This document shows positions 36,866 to 51,440 of a stretch of DNA of 64,000 nt, in pieces (position 1 is the stretch's first letter; every line of letters begins with the position of its first letter). Under the pieces are notes generated by a model that made no database searches, had not been told where the DNA came from, and saw nothing but the letters and a program-made list of their open reading frames with translations. The position numbers were made by a program, and so were the translations under genes. Source of the DNA: Octopus sinensis (Eukaryota). The stretch covers positions 9,052,001 to 9,116,000 of the forward strand of contig NC_043008.1 of assembly GCF_006345805.1 (NCBI RefSeq), given 5' to 3'.

Positions 36866-37248
36866 TAATCTTTTACTCTTTTACTTGTTTCAGTCATTTG
36901 ACTGCGGCCATGCTGGAGCACCGCCTTTAGTCGAGCAAATCGACCCCGGGACTTATTCTTTGTAAGCCCAATACTTATTCTATCGGTCTCTTTTGCCGAA
37001 CCGCTAAGTGACGGGGACGTAAACACACCAGCATCGGTTGTCAAGCAATGCTAGGGGGACAAACACAGACACACAAACATATACACACACACTTATATAT
37101 ATATACATATATACGACAGGCTTCTTTCAGTTTCCGTCTACCAAATTCATTCACAAGGCAATTCCGCCGACACGATACGCAGTGGGACTGAACCCGGAAC
37201 CATGTGGTTGGTTAGCAAGCTACTTACCACACAGCCACTCCTGCGCCT
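36866..37248 (-). mobile_element. SINE family A with an internal deletion
   Basis: Reverse complement of the family A sequence; the ~40 bp CORE-like segment is replaced by a short unrelated stretch. Confidence 0.9.
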
Positions 37249-39035
37249 CATGGTTTTATATTTTAATTAAAATATTAAATTGCAAATTTAAAGATATATA
37301 ATTTATGTTAAAACTTGGTAAGGTTAAAGTAAGCATCATCGCAGCCACAACTTTTTCCAGGAAATTATCTTTTAATTCACTGTTCCTCTTTATCAGTAGT
37401 ACGATACATTTACAATAAGATAGATGTTGGTTCATACATGTCTTGCCCTCTTTCTAGTCTGAAATAAAATGATACAGATTTCTTCTAACTATATCTAAAG
37501 GAACGTCTGGATGCAAATCAATGGATATTAATCACTAGAAAAGTGAATCCAAACACCCAATCTTCAACTACTGTCATCGAACAAATCTTATTAATAGCCA
37601 CCATTATCATGACCACAACCGCTTTTATCATTATCACACTATTATCACTAACCTAATCTTCTCGTGTATGTCACTACCATTACTACTACTACAACTACCA
37701 ACACCAACATCACCAGCACCAACCACTACCACCACTACCACCACCACCGCCACCGCCACCCTCACAACTAGTAACACCAGCAAATACTTCAAAGAACTGC
37801 TTTCAGTAAATAAGCATTTCACTATAAAGTGACATTTCATGCTTGGCTTGCATGCTTCTATCTAAACCACTTCAGTACTGTTATAGGCACCCATCGTTCC
37901 CCCCTCCTTGCCACTTTGACACGGTTCGATTCAGCAACTTCTTACCTTTCTTTCTTTCTGTCTTTCTTTCTTTCTTTTTTCATATTCATCTTACTTTAAT
38001 CAAATTCCTTAACTCCTCAACTATTCTATCCTTATTCATTTCTGTTTAATGTTCATCTCTACTTGTATTCTTTATGTTCAAATAAACGTTAGTTTTCCAA
38101 TCCTTCGGCAGTTCTTCATCGTTAAGTTTACTCGTTAAGTCTTTAGTTTATTCTTCATATTCACTTCATTACATTCAATTTAATATTTATTGTTTGTTTG
38201 TTTTTTTTCTTTAATTCTTTATATTCAGTTTTAATTCTTCTGCTCTTTATCTTCGGTATTTGTTCTCAATTCTTCTTTCCCCCCCCCTCTTTATTTTAAC
38301 TTCAATATTTTTTTTTTCATATCTTCTCCTTTCAAATCAATAATAATATTGTTTCTCTGAAAAACCATTCACGAAATATGTCTGTTAAAGAAAACTTCAG
38401 CAAAAGTAATTTAATTTTGTGAACGTTCATACGAGTCAGCAGAATCAAATAAGAGAAAAGGATTATCAAGAATTTTCCTAAGACGCCTATTTTCGTCTCC
38501 AGATTTCTTTAACTACCAGCATATAACGTAAGTAAAGAAAAGAACCATCTCTGCAGCTGCTGTTGTTGTTTCTTAACCGCCAGCTTAACCCCGATCGTAT
38601 AAACCTATGATCATAAGCATTCCAACCATGACCAATTCACCTTTTTTTTTTTTTCACTTTTCTGACATTATGATTCAAGAATAACATTAACCGATGTGTT
38701 CTGTTTTTTCTTGTCTTTTTTTCTGACTGCTCCAAGGGAAAATTGCAGTTTAGTAGCAGTAAGACATTTTATCGTTGCTGGTGCCAGCAAGAATATATGC
38801 GTTGAGTCTTGGAACTAATGATACAGTTTCTAAAAGGAGTGTAGCTGCAACTCGCAGAAATTCTGCTTATGCAAAAACGTTGCAGTGCTGAATTGGAAAT
38901 CCACTGCAATTTCCATTGGGAAATGTGCCAAGGATGACTGTGGGACGACAATTATCGAGACGGAAATTATCTTAAACTACCTCTCACTCTCACCCTCTCC
39001 CGAAACAATCAGTTTTATTATGGTTTCTCTCTCTT

Positions 39036-39093
<58 letters not shown>

Positions 39094-39116
39094 ATTCATG
39101 TATGTGTTTTTGTATT

Positions 39117-39148
<32 letters not shown>

Positions 39149-39224
39149 CTATATGTACGTATGTATGTATATGTAAACATGTATGTATATGTATGTTTAT
39201 GTATACATATTTATATATATATAC

Positions 39225-39257
<33 letters not shown>

Positions 39258-39270
39258 ATATATGCATATA

Positions 39271-39337
<67 letters not shown>

Positions 39338-39343
39338 TATATA

Positions 39344-39395
<52 letters not shown>

Positions 39396-41010
39396 CTCAC
39401 GAAGCCAATATATATTGTTTGCTGATTATTTTAAGATGTTTATATTCTTATCTTAACGTTTTTTCGCGTCTATAACCTGCGTTTGACCTGCCCACCATAT
39501 TCGGATTGGCTCTTTATTTCACTTGCATCTCTCTTCGTAGAATATATTAATTCGATTTAGACTCGAGAAAATGTTGCAAATTTGAGAAATTCGCTACGGC
39601 CAAAACCGAAACAGGTCAGTGGTATCGAACCAATATCAATTAATTATAATATAAGTTATACAAGTACCGATCGTTTTCCGGCTTCTTTGCCAAGCATATT
39701 TATTTTAGAAGGATCACGTATAATCGCTGTGTATAAAAACATACACGCATGCGTACGTATAAACAAAGAGACATACTTACAAACATGCGTTACGTATATA
39801 TATACATATACATGCATAGAGACATACCTACACATACATATATATAATTATAGGCACAAACGTTCTTAGAGATATGCAAGTACATTTATACATACATTCG
39901 ATAAGCAACCAGCGTAACTTTTCCATCTGCTTCCATTTCACTAATCGGATTGCTGTATTTTGTTTGGGTCATATATAACGCAGGGAGGAATTGTGAGACA
40001 ATCGCATCATATTGAAATATAATCTTGATAAGCAAATGCCATATGATCTGGGTTCAATTTCCCCATTGTTCTCTTGTTCGGTGGGGGATGTTATTAAGTA
40101 AATTAACCAACATTTATCTTGTCTAAATTGTTTCGTTGACCCTGCCAAGTGCTTATTTCATCCGAAAACATTATTATAATTACACTTTAGCGTCCCATCA
40201 GAGAGAAAAAAACACCATGCTTATGTGTATGTATATATAGGTATGTATATGAATGAATATTTGTGGTTGCATGTGTATTTACATATATGAGTCCTTGTGC
40301 GTGTGAGAGAAACAGAGAGAGAGAGAGAGAGAGAAAGAGGGAGAGAGAGAGAGAAGGAGAGAAAGAGGGAGAGAGAGAGAGAAGGAGAGAAAGAGGGAGA
40401 GAGAGAGAGAGAAGGAGAGAAAGAGGGAGAGAGACGGCTGTTATATTTCAATAAGATCTGAAATTCCTCTTTCCGTATTTTATGCTCTGTTCTCATTAAG
40501 AATAAATCACAAGTCTAGTTATATACTTAGGAAAACATTTCTCCTCACTTCTCTTTTATCTCTGTTTCCTTTCTCTTTCTCTTTCTCCCTCTCTCTCTCT
40601 CTCTCTATCTATCTCTATTTCTCTTCCTCCTTTTTTTTTCTCTCTGACTCATTCTGTAATCTTTTCTTGTCAGCTAGTCAATGTGGTTTACTGCCAAGCT
40701 ATCAAATATTCTGGAAAAAATCAAACGAAATTATGCTTTATCTTTCATTTATGGGCAATATTGATTTTCTATGGCATCCATGAAATTCTATATATAAAAT
40801 AATAACCATCTTTGTATAGTGGTGAGTGGTTCTCCAAATTTCTAGGAACTTTGAAAGTTTTATACTGATAGATTGGATCCTCTTATAATCGTAACAATAT
40901 GGTGAACTTCGTAGATCAAGAGGCGTAAAATTCTGGCATACTGGGTCTGTGGCAGGATTTCTAATCCTAATTTTAGTTCTTTGGCGCCTCTTAAGAAGCA
41001 TATATATCGT

Positions 41011-41318
41011 TGTTGTTTGTTTGTTTCTTCTCGAGCCACGCCTGGCTCATAAGGGCCGATTTCACGGTTTCTTCGCGTATAGGTTCCCCACCTGGACGGG
41101 ACGCCGGTCCGTCGCAGGTGAGCTGCAAGATGCAGGAGGAAAGAGTGAGAGAAAGTTGTGGCGAAAGAGTCAGCAAAAGTTCGCCATTACCTTCTGCTGG
41201 AGCCGCGTGAAGCTTAGGTGTTTCGCTCATAAACACACACATCGTCCGGTCTGAGATTCGAACCCGCGATCCCTCGACCGCGAGTCCGCTGCTCTAACCA
41301 CTAGGCGATATGCCTCCA
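41011..41318 (-). mobile_element. SINE family C variant with an 11 bp TSD
   Basis: tRNA-like head (gtggaggcatatcgcctagtggttagagcagcggactcgcgg..ttcgaatc). TSD ATATATATCGT at 41000-41010 and 41328-41338. Confidence 0.85.
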
Positions 41319-42854
41319 CATATATATATATATATCGTAGGCTTGAACCTCATACAGTCTCATGTCTTCATTCCTCATAAATTTCTCTATAAAGCAATAA
41401 TATTTAGTATTCAAGTGTGTTTTGGAAAATTTATCACTAACTTTCTGTTTAGTATCACCAACGGCTTCGTATGTGTGTCTGCGTTTCAAATAGGTGAATG
41501 TCTAACATACAGGTGATCTCACATGAGGTAGTTTTTTGCCAACGTTTGCATGAAGTGATTACATCACAGCACGACCGTCTTCGTGCAAATTAAGGCGTCT
41601 CTTTGTCATTCCTCGCACATTTGTATTTCTCTTTGCAAACATTTTAGTCACTGGTTTATATGGTCTTATTGAAAGGGAGAAATGCATATGACACTTATTT
41701 CATTCCTTTTTATTTTATTTTATTTTATTTTTATTTATTTTTTTTAACTTACCGTTAAAAGTGTTTCGAAATGTTATATGGTTTATACACTTAATATTTA
41801 ATATTTCCATCTAGTTCCATACCCGTAGACGATTTATTTCTATATCTCGTACGTATTCTGAATAAATTACTAGATTATATATACTATATTGTACTCTGTT
41901 CTATTTTTTAATTATATTTTTTCGTTTTCTTTTTTTTATATGCGTATATTGGGAGAGAAAAGAAGGAAGAAAAATAGAAAACAGAAAATAGGTTGATGCT
42001 GTTTTAGGGAGAGATAAAATTATGAGTGTACCCAATACTTTTTTTTTCTGACAAGTCCGAAGTAGCAAGTTAAAATTCTAATTAGAGTTTCGTTTTGGAT
42101 TTGGTTTGCAAGATTCTTTATATGAGTTCGCGTGTTGAAGCATATTCTGTTGTGTCTGGAGAGAGGCATTTTCTGTTTGTGCCTTATAAGACTATTGAAA
42201 AGGTTGCAAGACGCAACGAAAATTTTAAGAAAATAAAAATAAGAAATAAGTGGAAATTTTACCGGTGAGTGTGTCTAATTAGAGTGTTTTCTAGAAATTA
42301 AGAATTAATTTCACAGCATATCATTTTTAGACATCGTGGAAATTTTTTCTTTGTTTAACAGCAACAGGGGCAATTACTCATATTTTGGCTTTATTAGATC
42401 CTCGTCAGCGAAGTATAACCTCAGACCTGTGAGGCTAGTGAAAAAAGGATTCTTTTTACAAGCAGAAAATAGCTAGGATCATTTTTGTCAGCAGTAATTC
42501 GCATAATTGCAAAACATGAGCTGAGGGAAATTACTCAAGTGAACCAGTAGTAATGTTTTGTGCAATGAAAACATCAATGACAATAGATGTAATCTGATGC
42601 AACGAATGCATCAAATGGTTAACGAATATAGAACATTGGCCAGTTCAGACGTGCAACGTATAGCTTAGAAATGGATTCGAACTTTCAACCAGGAAGTTCT
42701 ATTCCGGTTGTATATCAACTTTTCCACTTCGTCTGCAGCAAGGTAACCTCTACATGATCTCTCATCCTATTCGAAACAGTAGCCAAATCTCCACCAGAGC
42801 ACAAATTACTGTCCTAAATAATGTCTCATTGGAAATTGTAGTTTTAAATATACA

Positions 42855-42978
42855 GGCGTAGGAGTGGCTGTGTGGTAAGTAGCTTGCTTACTAACCACAT
42901 GGTTCCGGGTTCAATCCCACTGCGTGGCACCTTGGGCAAGTGTCTTCTACTATAGCCTGAAAGAAGACCGTCGTATAT
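42855..42978 (+). mobile_element. SINE family A, 5' fragment with a deletion
   Basis: Head GGCGTAGGAGTGGCTGTGTGG; ends in (TAG)/(TTG)n. Confidence 0.85.
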
Positions 42979-43499
42979 AGTAGTAGTAGTTGAAGTTGTT
43001 GTTGTTGTTGTTGTTGTTGTTGCTGTTGTTGTTGCTGTTGTTGTTGTTGTTTAGTCGCAGGCCAGCCTTCATTGAGCAGATCCATGATCAAAGGTAAATT
43101 CACGGTGAAACATCCCACGCCTTACCTCTAATGAGTCCTTAACTAAGATTTGATTACTATTTCTAACAGGTGCCCCACTTATAGCTAATAAAACAGAAAA
43201 GAACGAAACAATTCGACGGCGGTTTATCAAGCGACAGAATAAGATCCTTCACATGTTGTTTACATTGTAGAGTTTAGTGGTCCTCAGCTTTCGTTTTCCA
43301 GGCACTATTTTGTTATATTCCAAACGATACTTTTGCAAATATTATGCATTCAATATTAAACTTCAGATAATATTGTCTATGTTACTACGCATTCATTCAC
43401 TTTGTTATAATACAATTTTGCAAATTTAACAGCAATAGAAAAAAATGGCTTTTAAGACTTGCATAAAAGTAATGGGTTTTCTTTAATTTTCCTAAGTAA

Positions 43500-45000
43500 C
43501 AGTACGTTAGAGAGTCGGGTATTGTAATTTATTTTATTCTGATGAAGGCTATAGCTGGTGGTAAGCCTGCGAGGATTTTTCTTTATAATTTTTCATTAGT
43601 TCTTGGAGATCAAGATAAGGTCATTTTCATTTTCTCTTTTGCTTCGTTGAAAATCCCGACACACAAAGATGCTCATACAATTGGATGCAATGCATGTGTA
43701 GCTCTTTCTACTATTTTTGTCCAGGAATCGCACATCAAGGGCTAAAATTCTGCATTTGTTCAGTTCCAGAAATACATCTTTGTAATCGAGAACTTTCTCA
43801 ACCATGAATTTAAATACCAAATCTAATTCCTCATCTCCTAATTGAGAAAAATATCAGCGGAATTATTTTTTTAGTGCTGTCAAATGCAGCAAAGTTTAAT
43901 TTTTTGGAAATTTTAGTTGCACAAGGTCTTCTCAAACATTTCAGCATTTCTTATAATGATCTTTCTCTCCCAATTTTTTAGTTTGCTCACGAATGTTTTG
44001 AATGAATCGATGAATTGTATGTCTCTTTGCCTTCATTGCGGCTGAAGACACGATTTTTCAGCCAAATCATTCCAGCACATAATGCATTCTTCACCATTCA
44101 CCCAGATAAAAGATTTCACCTTACCTTGAATATTATAAAATAATTTTAACTCATCTCTAGCCTAGAATATTCATTCAATTACATTTCCTCTTGAAAACCA
44201 TCGAGTATTTGTGCAGAACAGAAGCACATATTAGCCTACATCCAAGTCAACATATAACTGCTTTAAAGGATCATGAGTTACGAGCTTCTTCTTTGATAAT
44301 ATTCGCAATTTGAACTATTTCGTCGAAAAGCTTCTCAAGTTAGGTTTTAGGTCAGCAGTTTTAGGTCAGCACTAAATAATGGATCATCCAATGTATGCCT
44401 TACAATTTCGAAGCTCACTTTTCCGCACAAGATTGAAACCAAAGTTGAGGCTGTGTTTGTACAGGTCGCTCAGAATTATGCCACAAAAGATCTTCTGATT
44501 CGAAGAAAAATGAAATTTTTTCCAAAATATTTTTTTCAAAATATTTATTGTTTCAAGAGGAGTACAAAGTAAAAACTCTTTTTAAAACTAAACTTGACTA
44601 AATATATCTTGTCAAAACATTAGAAGCTGCGAGCACGATGCCACGTTAATTGATGTGATAAAAGCATGATCTGTACAATTTGATGCGGAATGTCAATAGA
44701 AGTCCATAGGTCCTCTTTTGAAGAATCAAGTTTCATAGTGAAATTACTACACAATTTCCACCATTTTGAGAAAGTAAGGTTGGATCAATTTTTTCCATCT
44801 ATGTATGTGTTTTTCTTCATTGCTACCTCTAGTGCATCCACATAAGAAACATCAATAACCGTTTGATGTATTTCTTGAAATGCCTCTTTAAATTTAGTTT
44901 CATCTTCTTTCTTTTTCAAATCACACATGACGTTCACAAAATCTTTAACCCGAGTCTTTGTGAGTAGGGTGAACACTCCACAAATGTTGCTTTAATTTTG
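43500..45000 (-). pseudogene. Decayed hAT (Buster/Charlie-like) transposase
   Basis: Fragments in the expected order: TVIDVSYVDALEVAMKKNTYIDGKN (cf. ALEASY.VAL.IAK.KKPHTIGE), FVSKLKNWERKIIIRNAEMFEKTL (cf. F..KL..W...N..MF..L), HLCVSGFSTKQKRK (cf. YLCE.GFS..K.K.R). Confidence 0.75.
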
Positions 45001-46173
45001 TTTGTCTCATAGTATTATTTGAGAAATCTTTACCAGAAACAAAATACTGAAGCCACTCTTTCAATGATGATAGATATCAATCTATAACGAATAGATAAAT
45101 ATTGTACCTTCTATGTTTTATTCTGATTGTTGAGTCAAGATTCTGGGAATACGAACATGACTAAGTCAACAATAATTAGAAATTAAATATTTCCTCAAAT
45201 TTAAAAAGGAATATTTATCCTTATTTTTAGCTTAAATTGTGACATCTTCTTGGCTGTCACAATATCGCAGATTAAATTTTTTTTTTAAATAATTTTACAG
45301 CTTAGAAATAATTTTCTGTAATGATGGAAATGCGTTTTAGTAACGGGGTGTATCGGTAATATTATATTCAGGATTACTGCCCGTGGGTCACGTAAAGGTA
45401 AACGGAGAGACTTTTGCTGCCTTTTAATCGCTTAATTTTGCTTTAAACATGCACATTCATTCTCGATAATACTATGATATACATATTCATACCTAAGACG
45501 ATAAAATAGTTCACGGATCCCTCATCGTTACATGAATCTGGTTAAGGTTAATAACACTCTTGTTTTCCAGGAATATCCAAACCAAAGGTTTTTCCACATC
45601 ATCTGTAAGCATCCCTACGTGCAGGCTCATAGTCACAGCTACACAACCTATAATCACAACTATCTACAAATACCTGTACTTAATGGTGAGATCGCAAAAT
45701 TTTAACAACTAGTTTTTTCAAGTAACTGAAAAATTTAAACACCGGTTCTATGTAAAGAATTCCAAATTGTCAAAAAAAAAGCATATATAACGAAGGCTGC
45801 GAACTAACTGAAAGAATTTAAAATATTGGTTAACCCGTGTTATTTTTGTTATTCCCTTTCTTATTTCCTACGAAGCAAACTGCGTTCTAGACTGAAATGG
45901 GAAGCAAGGTGCCGTTGCTGTATTCTATTTCTGTTATTTTTTACAATTACTTTAAATATATTTGACACAAAAATTGACACAAAAAATCTCTAGCAAAAAT
46001 GTTTACAGTGAAAATATTTCGGGCAGTTTTTTTTTCCAGTGAAAAAATGTTTGTGCCAAAATTATTTGACAGAAAGTTAACTAATTTTCATTTTTATAAG
46101 AGCTTCTTTTTTAAAAAATAACCATTTCAAAGGCACTGGTGCTAACCAACTTCAACTCATCCTGTACGACATT

Positions 46174-46556
46174 AATCTTTTCTACTCTAGGCACAAGGCC
46201 CGAAATTTTGAGGGAGGGGGCCAGTCGATTATATCGACCCCAGTACTCAGCTGATACTTCATTTATCGATCCCGAAAGAATGAAAGGCAAAGTTGACCTC
46301 GGTGGAATTTGAACTCAGAATGTAAAGACAGACGAAATACCGCAAAGCATTTTGCCCGGCATGCTAAAGTTTCTTATTTCTTTACTGTCCACAAGGGGCT
46401 ACACACAGAGGGGACAAACAAGGACAGACAAACGGATTAAGTCGATTATATCGACCCCAGTACGCAAATGATACTTCATTTATCGACCCCGAAAAGATGA
46501 AAGGCAAAGTCGACCTCGGCAGAATTTGAACTCAGAACATAAAGACAGAGGAAATT
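46174..46556 (-). mobile_element. SINE family B dimer (tail-2 unit joined to a tail-1 unit)
   Basis: Two central motifs; junction ..GTAAAGAAATA|AGAAACTTTAGC on the sense strand. Confidence 0.85.
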
Positions 46557-46869
46557 TAATAAAACATGTCTGACTATTTATAAATAAAAAGTAAACTTTG
46601 TTGGAAGGAAACTTTGTTAAAAATAGTTAATACTAAATGGCATGAAGCAGACAAGTAAGAGAAGATGGAAATTGAGAATTAGGTATACTCGGCAACCTCT
46701 GTAAATCTCACCTCATTTTCATCATTTTATTAAATATCGGAGCCATTTCCCACCCGAAGAAATAAACCTAACTGCTTGAGATTCTTGGTTTACTTAATAG
46801 TAGTAGTAGTAGTAGTAGTAGTAGTAGCAGCAGAAACAGCAGCAGTAGCTGTTCAAGAATTTCGACCTG

Positions 46870-47260
46870 GAGATCTCCATTTCCAGCGACTTCGTGGGCC
46901 ACCTCCCAGTGGTGTCGGGCGTCAACGAAGAGCCCTCGACTACAACAAGACGACCAAAGTTTTTTTTTCCCCAATGTCTGGTGTCTCCTGCCCCTAAGCA
47001 CAAGACTATCACCTAATCACCCTTACCCGTCCTGTTGCTTAACAACAACAACAGCAGCAGCAGTAGCAGCAGGTTAACAACCTAGACATGACTTTCTACA
47101 TCAACTATTGACGAGACTGGTGTCTCTTCGACTTGTAGCGCACACGACAGCCCCGTCGACCGACAGAAACATTATTTGCTGACGATTGCGCACTCGGAGA
47201 ACTGTAAGGAAACTATTTACAAACAATTGTCGACAGATTGTTCGATACACCGAAGAAGTA
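46870..47260 (+). pseudogene. RTE-like RT fragments
   Basis: FADDCALGEL*GNYLQTIVDRLF at about 47174-47245. RALDYNKTTKVFFSP upstream resembles the FGL.IN..KTKVM.QP motif. Confidence 0.55.
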
Positions 47261-48377
47261 TTTAAAATTTAAATAGAAATTAAATAGATCCAGATGAGAT
47301 AAAATACGCAATGCCTGAAAGAAGATAGGGCAGCCACTAGTGGAACGCTTTTAATCGAAGCGAATAGACACCAACAGCCATGATGATGTTTTATAATTTA
47401 TCACAATCGTCCAACTTGCCGTGCTATCAAGTAAATGCCATTGAAGTAGAAACTCTGAGGAAATAGCGTCTTCAATTTTTAATATAAATCGTAAAACTAT
47501 AGGGCCTTGTCCAGTTAAAAGAAAACAAATCTTTTCATGTCATCATATAATGTGATATATTATACATTTTCTGTGCGTCATTGGAGATTTTTCAAAGATA
47601 TATTTTATCTTTCTTATCTTTTCTGGCGTATAAATAAAATGGATTAGACATTTGGCAAAAATATTTTGTAGTAAAAAAAAATGCTTTGAAATTTGTTTGG
47701 CAACAAGACCAGCATTGCTTTCTTCCATTTGTAAGTGTTCTCTTTATTCGGAATCAATACATAAAGGACAAGACTTGATAATACATAGATATGAAATAAT
47801 ATTCTGTTTTAAATCTAATTACGTGATGTTGAAAACTGGGAAGGGAAAATGGCGTTTAATATTACTTAGATAAGATAAACTATTTCGGTTTCAATGAAAA
47901 TTAATAAAAATGCATACACGTCGTTCAGATGAATGTCTTCATTGAAAACTTTCTACTTGGCAAAATAGTTAACAACAATAGCATGAATATTATTAATCTG
48001 GAGCAAGCAGCTAATCAAAAAAAGAAATAGTGCATGTTGTAACAGAAAATCATTGGCGGATTGGGCATTTGTTTCATCTTGTTGTTGTTGTTGTTGTTGT
48101 TGCTGCTGCTGCTGCTGTTGTTGTTGTTGTTGTTGTTGTTGTTGCTACTGCTGTTTTATTTCACTCAGGTCAACTCGGATTGACCGAAATCTTATGGAGT
48201 TGTCTCCCGTATTGGTTGAAATAAATTTAAAAAATACTAGTCATTATAGTTATTAACATATAAAGGTTTTTTTTTCCACGACATGTGAATATTTCTAATT
48301 AGTTTGTCGCTGCATTAAATGTCTTAAAACAAATTTGAGTTCTTTTTTTTTTGTTTGTTTTTCCGCAGATAAATCTG

Positions 48378-48590
48378 GGAGTTGACAGAATGGTTAGCTC
48401 GCCGGGCAAAATACATAGCAGCATTCCAGCCATCTTCGCGTTCTGAGTTCAAATTCCGCCGAGATCAACTTTGCCTTTCATTATTTCGGAGTCGATAAAT
48501 TAAGTAACGGGGAAACACTGAGATCGATATAATCGACTAATACCCCCTCCCCGCCACCTCCAAAATTTCAGTCTTTGTGTCTTCAGTAAA
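48378..48590 (+). mobile_element. Diverged SINE family B
   Basis: B box GAGTTCAAATTCC, central motif and tail 1. Confidence 0.8.
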
Positions 48591-48680
48591 ATGGTCTATT
48601 TTTCCTGCAGAAGGAATCTTCGAATAATTTCTCAAATTCATTCTAATTGTTACTCATATCTTATATATTATATATTATTG

Positions 48681-49443
48681 TTTTCTACTCTAGGTACAAG
48701 GCCTGAAATTTTTGGAGAGGGGGTGAATCGATTAGATCTACCTCAGTATGCAACTGGTACTTAATTTATCGACCCCGAAAGGATGAAAGGCAAAGTCGAC
48801 CTCGACAGAATTTGAACTCAGAACGTAAAGACAGACGAAATACCTATTTCTTAATTGCCCACAGGAGGCTAAATATAGAGACGACAAACAAGGACAGACA
48901 AAGGGATTAATTCGATTGTATCGACCCCAGTGCGTCACTGGTACTTAATTTATCGACCCCGAAAGGATGAAAGGCAAAGTCGACCTCGGCGGAATTTGAA
49001 CTCATAACGTAGCGGCAGACGAAATACCTATTTCTTTACTACCCACAAGGGACTAAACACAGAGAGGACAAACAAGGACAGACAAAGGGATTAAGTCGAT
49101 TATATCGAACCCAGTGCGTAAGTGGTACTTATTTAATCGACCCCGAAAGGATGAAAGGCAAAGTCGACCTCGGCGGAATTTGAACTCATAACGTAGCGGC
49201 AGACGAAATACCTATTTCTTTACTACCCACAAGGGGCTAAACACAGGGAGGACAAACAAGGACAGACAAAGGAATTAAGTCGATTATATCGACACCAGTG
49301 CATAACTGGTACTTAATTTATCGACCCCGAAAGGATGAAAGGCAAAGTCGACCTCGGCGGAATTTGAACTCAGAACGTAGCGGCAGACGAAATACCGCAA
49401 AGCATTTCACCCGGCGTGCTAACGATTCTACCAGCTCGCCGCT
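48681..49443 (-). mobile_element. SINE family B tetramer: one head, three 184 bp tandem units, terminal tail-1 unit
   Basis: CCTATTTC occurs at 48843, 49027 and 49211, and the head junction is at 49395 (period 184). The A box is present only once, at 49425-49443. Confidence 0.92.
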
Positions 49444-51409
49444 TTACTTATTATGCATTATTGAACTTCTTTGGGATAAACCCATCACTAATTGAGCAGG
49501 TGCAATACAGTGTATCATTCCAATAGCCTCTAGTGTCAATTTGTGATGTGCGAATGTGTTCAGGACTTCATTGGGTGAAGACTACCGTTTGCAGAAATGC
49601 GAACTCACAACCTAGTGTGTTCGTATTTCTGCAGCTGGTGAGGTGTTGATATTTACAATCGTGGCTACTGCGAGACTCTCCTTCAAAGCATCATACTAAA
49701 ACATACTTAAAGAAAGAAAGAAAACATGCGAAAAGACAGCTATAGAAATAAAAAGCAAATGAAATAAATTAAGGAGAAAGTTATTTTTTTTAAGTTAAAA
49801 ACGCTTTAAATTTTTTGAGAGATAAAACTAAAAAAGATAAAATGGAACAAAAAAACAGTCGCAGACAGAGAAAAGATGGTGGGGGAAGAAAGGAAGGAAG
49901 GAAGGAAGGATAAAGAAGACAGAAGATAGAATGATAAAATATCAAATACAAACAAAGACAAGTTGAATGAACGATAGCAAGATTTATAGACAGAGAAAGA
50001 CAGAGAGAGAGAGAGGGGGAAAGAGAGAGAGGCAGGAATAAAGGAAACGGTAAAGATTGAAAGCATTCGTCTGAGAGAAAGTTAACTAAATTATCAAATC
50101 ACCGAAAATCACCTCTAAGGCAAATTGCAACATCCTTTTATGCTGTTATTATGCTCTTTGTTAATATAGCTTTTGTTTTTCGGGCGGGATGGGTGGAGTT
50201 TTCCTTTTTTTATTTTTTTATTTTACATTTTTTTACTTTTTTAAAAAATTTTTTGGTGCTATTTATTTGTTTAAACAAAATCAGTTTCACTTTCGTTTTC
50301 ATCGAGATTCCATCACCACTGCAAGAGATGCATGATAATGCTGAATAGCTTAACACTTCCATTGCATCTCTCTCCCTCCCTCTCTCTCTCTCTCCCTCCC
50401 TCCCTCTCTCTCTCTTTCTTTCTCCTTCTCTTTCTCTCTCTCCCTCTCCGTTTTCTTCCTGACCACCACCACCATCATTATCACTACCACTAGCCTGTGA
50501 AACACTGGAAACAATCCAACTGCACCACAAACAAATAAATAACGAAGGTCCATTTGGTGTATTTCGATTTATCTAAACAAAGCAAACCACCCTGTGGATT
50601 ATGTTTCTTGTCATGAATCTTATAGAAAGGCAACCGCTTTTGTTTCTAAATCCACTACCTGCTAAATTCATTTCATGTTGTGTCTGAAAGGGGAAGCGAA
50701 AGTGAAAGTTACTAATAGATTACGTAATTATGCCTCTTAATTGCGTGAATTTTCCAACTGCTCTTGTTTTAGTTTTAGTTGTTGCTTTTCATTTTTGACT
50801 GCTTTCAATATATATCCGAGTGAATGTGTGCGTGTGAACGTGCATGCGTGCGTGCATGCATCTGCGGCTGCGGCTGCGTACGTATGTCTACGCCAGGGAA
50901 TGAGTACGTTTTCTCTTAGTGTGATTCTTCCTTCAAAGAGGCAAATTGCTACAGGTTTAAAGAACAAAAAGATACGAGGTCTACAGTTGGGAAACTTGTA
51001 ATAAATTACAGTGTGCATGCATTTAAATGACGCGAAAATAAACGTATAATACTATGAAAGAGAAGAGCTGCGGCGATAAACAAAACAATAGAATAACTAC
51101 ACGGAATGGTTTCTCTTAGTTAGATACCACGCTGTTCTAAATCAAATTGTACTAAATCAACTTTGTCTTTCATCTGTCTGGAATCGATGACATATGTATT
51201 AACATTATACCTGTTTGTGTATACATTTACACCGGTCTAAACAAAAAAGTGGCGTAGTTTATGATCTGTCCCTTTATGTCACGTATTCCAGTGGTTCGAC
51301 AAATAGTTTGATAAAAAAACTACCAGACTAAAATAATTTCTGAGATCGATATTCTTGACATCTGACCTCTGACCAATGATCAGTAACAAATTCAATTATA
51401 AATATATAT

Positions 51410-51440
<31 letters not shown>

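Noticed and set aside
43539-43572. CTGATGA followed by an AGGCT/AGCCT stem as a hammerhead
   Set aside because: GCGA follows instead of GAAA, there is no helix III or stem I, and it lies in the antisense of the hAT transposase relic.
48843-49395. Regular 184 bp array as a CRISPR or satellite
   Set aside because: There are no unique spacers; the units are SINE family B bodies.
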